Source: Candidatus Methanoperedens sp.
Lineage (GTDB): Archaea; Halobacteriota; Methanosarcinia; Methanosarcinales; Methanoperedenaceae
Assembly (NCBI GenBank): GCA_028715885.1
Contig: JAQUQX010000014.1
Coordinates: 6,038 to 38,037 of the forward strand
Reading direction: 5' to 3'
Length of the DNA stretch: 32,000 bases
In this document: positions 7,813 to 15,832 of the stretch, piece by piece
Layout of the letters: the number at the start of each line of letters is the position of its first letter
Position numbering within the stretch: position 1 is the first letter of the stretch
The notes under the pieces: model-generated
What the model was told of the DNA's origin: nothing
Seen by the model: only the letters and a program-made list of their open reading frames with translations
Database searches by the model: none
Position numbers and translations under genes: made by a program

Positions 7813-8231
7813 TGGGAATTGACGTTGGGAAGTATCTTAAAAGCCCGGAATACGAAATAAAAATCACTACTTACAGGGATATTTTCCAGGCGGAAGCGCT
7901 TGAATGCGACAGGTTTGGCGCGGAGTACATGAAACATTCGGCTTGCCTTGTAATGAGTAAAAACGACATGGTGAAAATGGGATTAAAAACAGGTAACAGG
8001 GTTAAGCTCGCAAACAATTATGGCAGTGTCGTGGTCGAGGTCAGAGAATCCAAAAGAGACGAGCCCGGAGGAATTGCTTTTATGGTGAACAGCCCCTGGT
8101 CGAATGCTCTTGTGTCTGATGAGACGGGAGGAAAAGGGATACCTGAGTTTAAGAATATTACTGCAAGGATTTCGCTGGTGAAAGATGAGGCTACGACGCT
8201 TGAAAGTTTGATGGGGAGTTTCAGAAAATAG
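7812..8231 (+). CDS. fwdD: formylmethanofuran dehydrogenase subunit D-like (molybdopterin dinucleotide-binding beta-barrel domain)
   Basis: 139 aa. The size, the position next to the fwdB-like gene and the sequence character (VKLANNYGSVVVEVRESKRDEPGGIAFMV) fit FwdD/FmdD. The stop is TAG, followed by 54 open in-frame codons. Confidence 0.75.
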   Translation: MGIDVGKYLKSPEYEIKITTYRDIFQAEALECDRFGAEYMKHSACLVMSKNDMVKMGLKTGNRVKLANNYGSVVVEVRESKRDEPGGIAFMVNSPWSNALVSDETGGKGIPEFKNITARISLVKDEATTLESLMGSFRK

Positions 8232-8458
8232 AAGTTTACCGCGGCGGATGATTTGCTCCTGCGCGAACTTCTGCAGGATAAAGCCGAGCTGGATAATCGC
8301 TACAGTTTAGCCCATGCCACTATAAAGCCTGAAACGGGTGAGTATAACTCCCCAACCCGTCCAGACACCGACCCAATATTTAGATGGAATAGGTAGTAGA
8401 TATTTTAAACGGTGTATAAAATTATACTATTGTTATAACATTTAACATTGAAATTATT

Positions 8459-9475
8459 TCAAAGCGCGGTTTTTCTCTTAACCTTCTCCACTTCCTTCAA
8501 TATCGTGTCAATCCCGCCCCTCACAATCGCCTCGAACTTCTCACCGCGCATGCTCGCCCTGTTCAGCGTCTCGCCGAGGTCCAGAGGAAGCGCGATGTCA
8601 ACCCAGTTATCCCGCACCCTGTGAAGCAGAGGCTTTTCCAGCAGTTCTTTCGCTTTTTCATTAACCTTTGATGCTGTTTCGTTATCCTTGAATTTAACAG
8701 GCACATACAGTGTCAGTGAAGTAATTTTACCGTCTTTTTCTTTCGGCGTGTACAACCGAACAATCTCATTCCCGAACCTGCCGAAGAACTGGTCTGTCCC
8801 TTTGCCGAATCCTATTTTTTCAATCGCAGCTACGGCGCCGGCTGGAATGTCGTCCATGATACAGCCACAAAGCGCGCTTGTAATCTCTTTTTCTTCAGTG
8901 CTCTCTGCAATGCGGATAAAATCATCAAGCGGAAAGCCCATTACTATTTCATCATCCCTGTACCCGGAGAACATCCGTGCCCCGTTGCACAATAGAGAGA
9001 GGTTAACTTTTTTCTCCATGAAAGGGATGGCGGTACACTCGCCGCACACTGCAAACTCACCCTTGAACTTAACTTCAACCGGCTGTTTTTCATGCAACTG
9101 CGAAAGGATTGTGGATACGCGCATTATCTTGCGCGGCGTGCCGATAACGACAACAACATCGGGTTTTTTCTCTGTTTTTTCAAGCGGGGAGACGCTCACT
9201 AATTTTGTGTTCGCAGGTTTTATCCGCGGATAGACTTCGCCGTAGGTCGGTTCAGTAAACCCGAGCGCAAGTTCCGCGCTTGTGCATGTGAGTTCTTCAA
9301 CGCCGAAAACAAAGCTCTCGCCATATACTGCGCTTCGCCTCACCATTTCACAGAACCGCATGGGAGAAGTACTGGTTTTTTGTTCGGTGGCATCGCTCAG
9401 TATCCTGACTGCAACAGGCGATGACGGCAGTTCAAAAAATTTCCTGAATTTCGTTGATAATTCTGAGTAATTCAT
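8459..9475 (-). CDS. DUF169-family protein (COG2043-like) with a C-terminal extension
   Basis: 338 aa. The N-terminal 230 aa have the DUF169 pattern (PVAV..., FCEMV, conserved Cys residues, ELALGF). About 100 extra residues lie at the C-terminus. Confidence 0.6.
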   Translation of the reverse strand: MNYSELSTKFRKFFELPSSPVAVRILSDATEQKTSTSPMRFCEMVRRSAVYGESFVFGVEELTCTSAELALGFTEPTYGEVYPRIKPANTKLVSVSPLEKTEKKPDVVVVIGTPRKIMRVSTILSQLHEKQPVEVKFKGEFAVCGECTAIPFMEKKVNLSLLCNGARMFSGYRDDEIVMGFPLDDFIRIAESTEEKEITSALCGCIMDDIPAGAVAAIEKIGFGKGTDQFFGRFGNEIVRLYTPKEKDGKITSLTLYVPVKFKDNETASKVNEKAKELLEKPLLHRVRDNWVDIALPLDLGETLNRASMRGEKFEAIVRGGIDTILKEVEKVKRKTAL

Positions 9476-9543
9476 AAACCGATACCTCGCTTTATGCGGT
9501 GTTCAGGTATGCATTCGCATACCTGTCGTTTAGTATTGTTCAT

Positions 9544-10731
9544 TCAATCCTCTACTTTTATTCCGTTTTCTCGTGCGATATCCTTGAAAGCTCTGGCGAC
9601 ATATTCCACCTGTTCCCATTTCAAGCCATAAGTGTTAATCTTGAAATTCTTGCTCATGCCGGGATGGAGCCCCACTATCTTTCGTTTTTTCAATTCATGA
9701 TACAGGAAATAACCCCTGCGCTTATCCTTTTCAGCTATTTCATGAAGGGGCAGGCTTTCGATGTTCATAAGCGGATGCTGCTTTGGTTTAACGCCCATCT
9801 GGTGGAATCCCTCGATTTTTTCAAGCTCGCCAACGAAATACTGCGCCTTCTTTACCTCTTCGTCCCAGTGCTTGACCCTTTCAACCACTGCGGGGAATGA
9901 AGCCATGAGCGTTGCAACAGGCGCGCCAAATACGGGTGAGCAGCCAAACAGCGCCACTTCCTTTTTCGTGAATCCGCGCCCGCTCCAGTCGCCGCGGCAT
10001 GTGGATTTATTGAAAACCTTGCCGCTCCATTCGTATGTGGTAGCCAGTATCCCGATAGGCGCAGAAGCTGCCCAGCTCTTGTGCCCGGAGCCGCACAGGA
10101 AATCAACATGAAGCTTCTTGCCGTCAACGGGCATGATGCCTGATGAATAAGCAGTATTCAAAAGGAAAGGGACGCCATATTCCTTGCAGATTTTTCCCAC
10201 TTTTTCAGCATCAGCGACATTGCCATACCTGTAATCCACATGCGTCAGCACTGCCATTGCCGGGAGTTTGCCTGTCTTCTGTTCGACTTCCTCAAATTTC
10301 CTGGCATAGCCGTCTATATCGATTTCAAACCTTGGATAACCATTATGCGGGACTTCAACGATGTTTAATTTATTCGCCTCCGCCGCAAGATAGGATGTGT
10401 AATGCGCCAGCGCATCCAGCACCACGGTATCACCCGGCTCGCACACCATGTGCATTGCAGCCCATTTGGCATGGCGGCATCCCGCCGTGAACCTTACATC
10501 GTCCATGTTCAGGAACTCTCCCACATCCTGTACGAAATCGTGAACAGGCGGCTTATCCACAAGGTCAACCCGCGCCTCGAAGCAGTAATCGCATACCGAA
10601 TAGCCGTCCCCGAATTCAAGCAGGGCTTTTCGCGCTTCTGCCGTGAGCACGCCGCCGCGCTGGATGGGATGTACGTTGACGTAGGTGTCAGAGATGCCGC
10701 GGGTGAGGTTTTTGTATTTGTTAAGTTCCAT
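9544..10731 (-). CDS. pscS: O-phospho-L-seryl-tRNA:Cys-tRNA synthase (SepCysS)
   Basis: The track start at 10737 is TTG; ATG at 10731 is preferred (MELNKYKNL...). Hallmarks are VHPIQRGG, the PLP-lysine context CGSGHKSWAASAPIG and conserved Cys residues. Length about 395 aa. Confidence 0.9.
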   Translation of the reverse strand: MELNKYKNLTRGISDTYVNVHPIQRGGVLTAEARKALLEFGDGYSVCDYCFEARVDLVDKPPVHDFVQDVGEFLNMDDVRFTAGCRHAKWAAMHMVCEPGDTVVLDALAHYTSYLAAEANKLNIVEVPHNGYPRFEIDIDGYARKFEEVEQKTGKLPAMAVLTHVDYRYGNVADAEKVGKICKEYGVPFLLNTAYSSGIMPVDGKKLHVDFLCGSGHKSWAASAPIGILATTYEWSGKVFNKSTCRGDWSGRGFTKKEVALFGCSPVFGAPVATLMASFPAVVERVKHWDEEVKKAQYFVGELEKIEGFHQMGVKPKQHPLMNIESLPLHEIAEKDKRRGYFLYHELKKRKIVGLHPGMSKNFKINTYGLKWEQVEYVARAFKDIARENGIKVED

Positions 10732-10873
10732 GCTCAATAATCATGCTCAAAGAGATTATTAATGGACTTATAATTAACGGAAAAGGCAATGGTATTTGTA
10801 AAACGCCAATGTCTGATTATAAACCGTTGAGGATAGTAATGCTAATATATAACTTATTACCCATAGTAATATA

Positions 10874-11431
10874 ATGTCCCTCCCCACACCCGAAGACATA
10901 AAGAAACTCAGACTTGAACTCAAGCTCACCCAGCACGATATCGCCACCCGCGCCGGCGTAAGCCAGCCCCTGATAGCGCGCATCGAATCAGGCGACGTTG
11001 ACCCGAGGCTTTCCACCCTGCGCAAGATATTCAACGCCTTCGACGCAGCCAGGAAAGAACGTATCGTGGTCAGGGATATTATGCACGCACCCATCATACA
11101 TACAAGTTCTGCCAGTTCCATGGAAGATGCTGCCAGGATAATGGAAGAACACGGTTTTTCCCAGATGCCCGTAATCGACAGCGGTGTTCCGGTGGGCAGC
11201 ATCTCCACCGATCAAATAGTGAGTTCGATGACAGACCATGATATTAAAAAGGTGTCGCATCTTCTTGTCCGCAATATCATGGGCGATTCTTTTCCCACGG
11301 TCTCACCTACATCGGATGCAAACACCGTCTCAAGGATTCTTGAAAAAAATCCTGCTGTTCTTGTGCTTGAGAAGGGGAAAGTCATAGGCGTGGTGACCAA
11401 ACACGATATCATGAAGATGTTAAGGGGATAA
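10874..11431 (+). CDS. transcriptional regulator, XRE-type HTH fused to a tandem CBS pair
   Basis: 185 aa. The N-terminal HTH is LKLTQHDIATRAGVSQPLIARIESG. It is followed by two CBS-like repeats (VRDIMHAPIIH...QMPVID and VRNIMGDSFPTV...GVVTKHDIM). Confidence 0.85.
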   Translation: MSLPTPEDIKKLRLELKLTQHDIATRAGVSQPLIARIESGDVDPRLSTLRKIFNAFDAARKERIVVRDIMHAPIIHTSSASSMEDAARIMEEHGFSQMPVIDSGVPVGSISTDQIVSSMTDHDIKKVSHLLVRNIMGDSFPTVSPTSDANTVSRILEKNPAVLVLEKGKVIGVVTKHDIMKMLRG

Positions 11432-11494
11432 AAGCACATTACCTCCATTTCCACTGGACAATAACCCTATATACTTAAAAATTAATATATAAAC

Positions 11495-11678
11495 CTCCAG
11501 ACCTACGAAATCTGGAGAAATCGTGTTGATAGGTCCTTGCGGGAGAACGGCAGCGCCAAAATCTATGACCGTACAGACAACCCCAATGCGGTACACGCGA
11601 TAACAGCCTGGCACAAGGGTTACGGTGACAGACAGCGGCAAAGCCAGTGGATGAAGTTCTGAGTTAGTGCCAGGCTAC
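11495..11678. ncRNA. candidate structured RNA or 3'-UTR element in a convergent intergenic region (strand unresolved)
   Basis: The 262-nt spacer between convergent genes is GC-rich, unlike other spacers here. There is a perfect 7-bp hairpin CTCCAGA-N9-TCTGGAG (11495..11517). There is also a perfect 10-bp long-range inverted repeat, AGCCTGGCAC (11605..11614) with GTGCCAGGCT (11669..11678). A TATA-like AATATATAAA (11484..11493) lies on the plus side. On the minus strand the hairpin is followed by a T-rich tract. No family was recognised. Confidence 0.3.
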
Positions 11679-11693
11679 AGCAATAATTAAATG

Positions 11694-12998
11694 TTACTTC
11701 TTATTTTGTTTCTTCCTGTTCTGCGAGTGCATCCCGTTGGGGCTGTGCTCATCGATTAGCGATTCAAGCATGAAATATTTCTCAACCAATTTCTTAAGTT
11801 CCTCGTCCGAAATTGCCGAAACTCGTTGCTCTTCGTTATACAATTTCTGGATATCAGCATGGATAGCCTTCACGCGCGGGTCATTCTTGTCAATACTGAT
11901 GGCAACGTGCATCAATTCGTTGAGCGTTTCCTCGACCTTATAGCGTATCACTTCAAGCCCCGAAGAATCGCCTATCATCAGCTCTCTCTTCCCGCCCACA
12001 AGCTCTGGCGGATAAGGCTCGTAGGTAAATGGGTTCTTTATTATTCCTGCCGTATGAATGCCGCTTTCATGGGCAAAGATATTTTTTCCTACAACCGATT
12101 TATTGCGGGGCACCCGTATCCCGATTTCCCGTTCCATGAACCGGGCAAATTCCGTGACCGATGTTAAATCATACTTCTGGAATCCTTCAACCCTCTGTAT
12201 AAGGAACAACGCAACCTTCTCAAGCTCCGCGTTCCCTGCCCGCTCACCAATCCCGAGGAATGTAAGGCTTGACCAGTTGGCGCCGTACCAGTATCCTGCG
12301 AGTGAACATGCGACAGACATCCCGAAATCGTCATGCACATGGGTTTCGATATTCTTTGCCCCGATTTCCCGTAATCTTTTAACAATATACGGTATGCCGT
12401 ACGGTTCATCTACATCGGGGAACGGCAATCCAAAGCCAACGGTATCGCACAGGCGTATTATACAATCGGGGTCAATCTCAAGGAGTTTCTCGATAAGCGG
12501 GAACACAAAACCTTCGTTGTCCGCACGGGTCATGTCCTCGATGTGCGCCCTTGTGCGAAGCCCGTGGTCAACCGCATACTGCAGCGCTTCCGTATATTTC
12601 TTTTCAGCCTCTTCCCTGCTTTTAAGACCCATCTTGTCAATGACATGCGAGTCCGAGACCGACATCAATATGCCTGTTTCTTTTATCCCGTCCATGCTGA
12701 GCACAAAATCAATGTCCTTGGGATTTGCCCTCGCCCATCCTGTAACTTCGGGAAATTCATATCCCCTGTCAAGCATGCCCTTTACGGCTTCCCTGTCGCG
12801 CTCGTTATAGACGAACGTCTCAAGCTTTTCAATCCCGATTTTGTGAAGATACTCGTAAATTTCGATCTTGTGTCTTTTTTTCATCACAATGCCGGGCATC
12901 TGGGAGCCGTCACGAATGGTACTGTCGCTTATGAAAACATCCTGCCCCAGCGGCAGCTTGATTTTTGGCAAATCCTCGTATGTCCTGTAGATTTTCAT
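11694..12998 (-). CDS. HMGL-like (pyruvate carboxyltransferase) domain protein of the isopropylmalate/homocitrate/citramalate/Re-citrate synthase family
   Basis: 434 aa. The N-terminal TIM-barrel signature ISDSTIRDGSQMPG corresponds to DTTLRDGEQ in LeuA/NifV, with Ser replacing Glu. A metal-binding HVHDDFGM is present (cf. H-x-H), as are ERAGNAELE and HESGIH. Confidence 0.7.
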   Translation of the reverse strand: MKIYRTYEDLPKIKLPLGQDVFISDSTIRDGSQMPGIVMKKRHKIEIYEYLHKIGIEKLETFVYNERDREAVKGMLDRGYEFPEVTGWARANPKDIDFVLSMDGIKETGILMSVSDSHVIDKMGLKSREEAEKKYTEALQYAVDHGLRTRAHIEDMTRADNEGFVFPLIEKLLEIDPDCIIRLCDTVGFGLPFPDVDEPYGIPYIVKRLREIGAKNIETHVHDDFGMSVACSLAGYWYGANWSSLTFLGIGERAGNAELEKVALFLIQRVEGFQKYDLTSVTEFARFMEREIGIRVPRNKSVVGKNIFAHESGIHTAGIIKNPFTYEPYPPELVGGKRELMIGDSSGLEVIRYKVEETLNELMHVAISIDKNDPRVKAIHADIQKLYNEEQRVSAISDEELKKLVEKYFMLESLIDEHSPNGMHSQNRKKQNKK

Positions 12999-13070
12999 TG
13001 GCTGACTGATTGTATTTTTGATTTATATTACTTGTGGTTTCTGTGCTTTGTTGTAGCATCCTATTATCGC

Positions 13071-13886
13071 TTATTGCCTGTAATATTGTCCCTTCTCCTT
13101 GATACGTTTCCCAATCAACAGTCCCGCAACTACCCCACTCAGGTGCGCGCTGCGCGCAATCATGTCGCCTGCCGAACCTATGAACAGGAGGTCAAGAAGT
13201 GCAAAAAAAACCAGCGCATGGGTGATTTTCATGGGAATAAAGTAAACATAAACCATGATATCTGGCGCCAGTACCGCAAGGCATGTGAATATCCCGAACA
13301 GTGCCCCGCTTGCTCCTACAGCAGGAGCTGCCGATTTGAGAATGAAAACAGACCATAACGAGTAGCCTGCCGCAGCGACGATGCCTGAAATGAAAAACAC
13401 TGCAAGGAATTTTTGTCCCCCTATCCTGCGCTCAAGCTCGGGACCAAAAAAGAATAAAAACATCATATTGAACAAAAGATGTATCGGACCTGAATGCAGG
13501 AATATATGTGTAACAAGAGTCCATGGACGGGACAATACATCCAACGGATAAAGAGCCAGATAAGCGTCATAACGATATCCAAGGACATTCTGCAAAATAA
13601 AAGATATTATAACTATCGCCAGGATCGTTAGCGAGTAATTACTTCTTATTACCGATACGACGTTTGTCAATGAATTAAAGCGAGGTTTTGTGTATTTCTT
13701 CACAGTTACTTCGGAATCATACTGGTAGATTTTCCCGCCGCTGCGAACACGCTCTTTGTAATCCGCAAGCCCTGGACAGTTATGCGTTTCAGGCAGGCGG
13801 TGGTTATAACAATACGAGTTGCCGCAATACTTGCATGTAAAAGGCATGGGGTCCCTGAAACCGCAATAATCGCATTCTTTAGGCAT
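13071..13886 (-). CDS. rhomboid-family intramembrane serine protease with an N-terminal AN1-type zinc finger
   Basis: 271 aa. The AN1 finger is CDYCG...FTCKYCGNSYCYNHRLPETHNC. Multiple TM segments. The rhomboid catalytic Ser is in GASGALFG and the His in AHLSGVVAGLLIG. Confidence 0.85.
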   Translation of the reverse strand: MPKECDYCGFRDPMPFTCKYCGNSYCYNHRLPETHNCPGLADYKERVRSGGKIYQYDSEVTVKKYTKPRFNSLTNVVSVIRSNYSLTILAIVIISFILQNVLGYRYDAYLALYPLDVLSRPWTLVTHIFLHSGPIHLLFNMMFLFFFGPELERRIGGQKFLAVFFISGIVAAAGYSLWSVFILKSAAPAVGASGALFGIFTCLAVLAPDIMVYVYFIPMKITHALVFFALLDLLFIGSAGDMIARSAHLSGVVAGLLIGKRIKEKGQYYRQ

Positions 13887-13930
13887 TGTTTATCCGTCTG
13901 ATTCTTTTCAATTATTAATGTTCTTTGGTG

Positions 13931-14626
13931 TTATGAGCTAATAATCTGTTTGGAAATTATCTCTTTTTCCAGTTTCCCTTTAAAGAACACATAAACCTCT
14001 ATATCCCCGCCATTCTCGTACTTTCTCATCATCCGGTCGTACATCTGCCGGCTGTTCCTGAGATTCTGTTTCCTGAAGAAATCTTTGATTGAATGCATGA
14101 ACCTGAGTTTCTGCCCGAGAAAATCCAGTTCATATTTTTTTACTTCCCTTGCTATCTCTTTGCAGGTCTCATCGCTTATATCATTGTGGTACAACCCGTG
14201 CTGGTTTAAACCGCTTACCTGCCTGAAATCAACATTACCCTCCTCGTCTGCTTCCCTGTGAAGCATGTAGGGATATATTTTGCAGATTTCAGGGCGAATT
14301 TCATAATGTTTGCACCTGACGCCTGTATAGAATATGCAATCGCCGCGGGGTTTATTTTTCAGGGCATAACCCATTACATAGAACCTGCCCAGTTCATCGC
14401 AAAAATCAAAATACGGCGCAGGGCGCAGGAAACCGCTGCCAAGAGCTTCGATTATTCTTGCCGCATCGTCATCAAGGAGAAATACGTGGTCGTTGAACCC
14501 GCTGGTGCAGCATTTGCCGCAGCAATCGCATCCGAATCCCACTTCGCGGATTATATCTAGGAACCGTTCATCCGGGAAGGATGCTACGCATAGTATCTCT
14601 TTTTCGATATCTTCCGTTTTTATCAT
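13931..14626 (-). CDS. YkgJ-family cysteine-cluster protein (CxxCxxCC, putative Zn/Fe-chelating domain)
   Basis: The track start at 14638 is TTG; ATG at 14626 is preferred. The motif CDCCGKCC plus further Cys residues (CIFYTGVRCKHYEIRPEIC) is typical of the UPF0153/YkgJ family. Confidence 0.7.
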   Translation of the reverse strand: MIKTEDIEKEILCVASFPDERFLDIIREVGFGCDCCGKCCTSGFNDHVFLLDDDAARIIEALGSGFLRPAPYFDFCDELGRFYVMGYALKNKPRGDCIFYTGVRCKHYEIRPEICKIYPYMLHREADEEGNVDFRQVSGLNQHGLYHNDISDETCKEIAREVKKYELDFLGQKLRFMHSIKDFFRKQNLRNSRQMYDRMMRKYENGGDIEVYVFFKGKLEKEIISKQIISS

Positions 14627-14748
14627 GGCTTGGGTCAAAATGATTCGTTGAACTATGGCGTTATTATCTATTTAATTTATAGGGTCTTTTTTCTGTACGC
14701 GGTTTTTTTTTCAATATCGCCAAAAGAACATATAAAATAATGATAAAA

Positions 14749-14849
14749 AAAACGATAAATTATATAAAGCATCAGGTCAAGAAGGTATTGCTTTATAAAA
14801 CGGGAAAAACGGGACGTATAGCCAAAACGGATAGGAAAAATTTGAATAA
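14749..14849 (+). promoter_or_regulatory. AAAACG-box cluster and TATA-like element upstream of the heptaheme cytochrome gene
   Basis: Boxes are AAAACGATA (14749..14757), a tandem AAAACGGGA x2 (14797..14814) and AAAACGGATAGG (14824..14835), followed by TTTGAATAA (14841..14849). A TATA-like TTTATAAAA lies at 14792..14800. The start codon is at 14875, preceded by a GAGGT SD. Confidence 0.45.
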
Positions 14850-14874
14850 TTACGATTAGCGAGGTATAAGAAAA

Positions 14875-15831
14875 ATGCTGTTCACAAGCAAAAACCAACA
14901 CGTATCGTTGAAAAAAATAGTCATCTTGATTACAGTGATTGCATTCTCTTTATTAATTACGACCGTTTCCGCCCAGGAAGACGTTTCATGCTATCACTGC
15001 CACACTCAAGTGGTCAGTGAATTCAGGAATAATATCCATTACCAGAAAGGTTTTTCCTGCGACGATTGTCACGGTGGAAAAGCCCAGCCCAATACAACAG
15101 TGATTTCTTATACAGTAATGTCGGGAGATTTTATCGGCAGACCAACAAGAAGCAATATAACAAACATCTGCTCAAAATGCCATTCCCAGGAGGCAAAAGA
15201 TTACAAGATGAGTATTCACTGGGAACAGATTGCAAAAGGTCATCCAGAGGCTGCAACTTGCACCGACTGTCATGGAATCCATGAAATTCGGGCAATAAGC
15301 GACCCCAACTCCTCATCAAACCACCAGAATAGTCCGGCAACATGCGCGAAATGTCATTCCAACAAGGAACTAATGAGCGCATGGTATTACGGGATTAAAA
15401 CTGATAGATTTGATACATATAAAGAATCCTTTCACTGGAAAGCGTTGAAAAAAGGTTATGCTCTGGTTGCAACGTGCTCGGACTGCCACGGGAACCACAA
15501 CATAAAACCCCACGAAGACCCCAAGTCCAGCACATACCCGGACAATCTTCCCAAAACCTGCGGCAAGAATAACTGTCATCCTGATGTCCAGTTTGATGCC
15601 AAGATAGCCGCAGGGCTTGTCCATGATAAGGAGTCGCTTCACACAGGAGAGCTGGTTTTCAATAAGACAGGCATGAACCCACAGATGAAAGACTATTTCA
15701 TCGGTCCATTCGACCTTGCTTACTGGATAGCGTTCTTTTTCAAGATATTGACAACCGGGGTTATAGCGGTCTTTGCAGGTATGGTTTTCCTTGATTTTCT
15801 ATCACGGGTTAAAATCCACAGGAGATGGTAA
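14875..15831 (+). CDS. membrane-anchored multiheme c-type cytochrome (6 CxxCH + 1 Cx4CH)
   Basis: 318 aa. N-terminal signal/anchor (IVILITVIAFSLLITTVSAQ). Heme motifs are CYHCH, CDDCH, CSKCH, CTDCH, CAKCH and CSDCH, plus CGKNNCH. A C-terminal TM helix (YWIAFFFKILTTGVIAVFAGMVFLDFL). Confidence 0.9.
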   Translation: MLFTSKNQHVSLKKIVILITVIAFSLLITTVSAQEDVSCYHCHTQVVSEFRNNIHYQKGFSCDDCHGGKAQPNTTVISYTVMSGDFIGRPTRSNITNICSKCHSQEAKDYKMSIHWEQIAKGHPEAATCTDCHGIHEIRAISDPNSSSNHQNSPATCAKCHSNKELMSAWYYGIKTDRFDTYKESFHWKALKKGYALVATCSDCHGNHNIKPHEDPKSSTYPDNLPKTCGKNNCHPDVQFDAKIAAGLVHDKESLHTGELVFNKTGMNPQMKDYFIGPFDLAYWIAFFFKILTTGVIAVFAGMVFLDFLSRVKIHRRW

Positions 15832-15832
15832 A

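Noticed and set aside
12058-13358. Long track ORFs antisense to annotated genes: 12058..12810 and 12543..13358. Similar cases are 8688..9233, 17912..18481, 21424..22167, 30539..31303 and 10774..11208
   Set aside because: Their translations are low-complexity, rich in Ser, Leu and Arg, and have no motifs. Each lies fully opposite a gene with strong family signatures. They are typical shadow ORFs.
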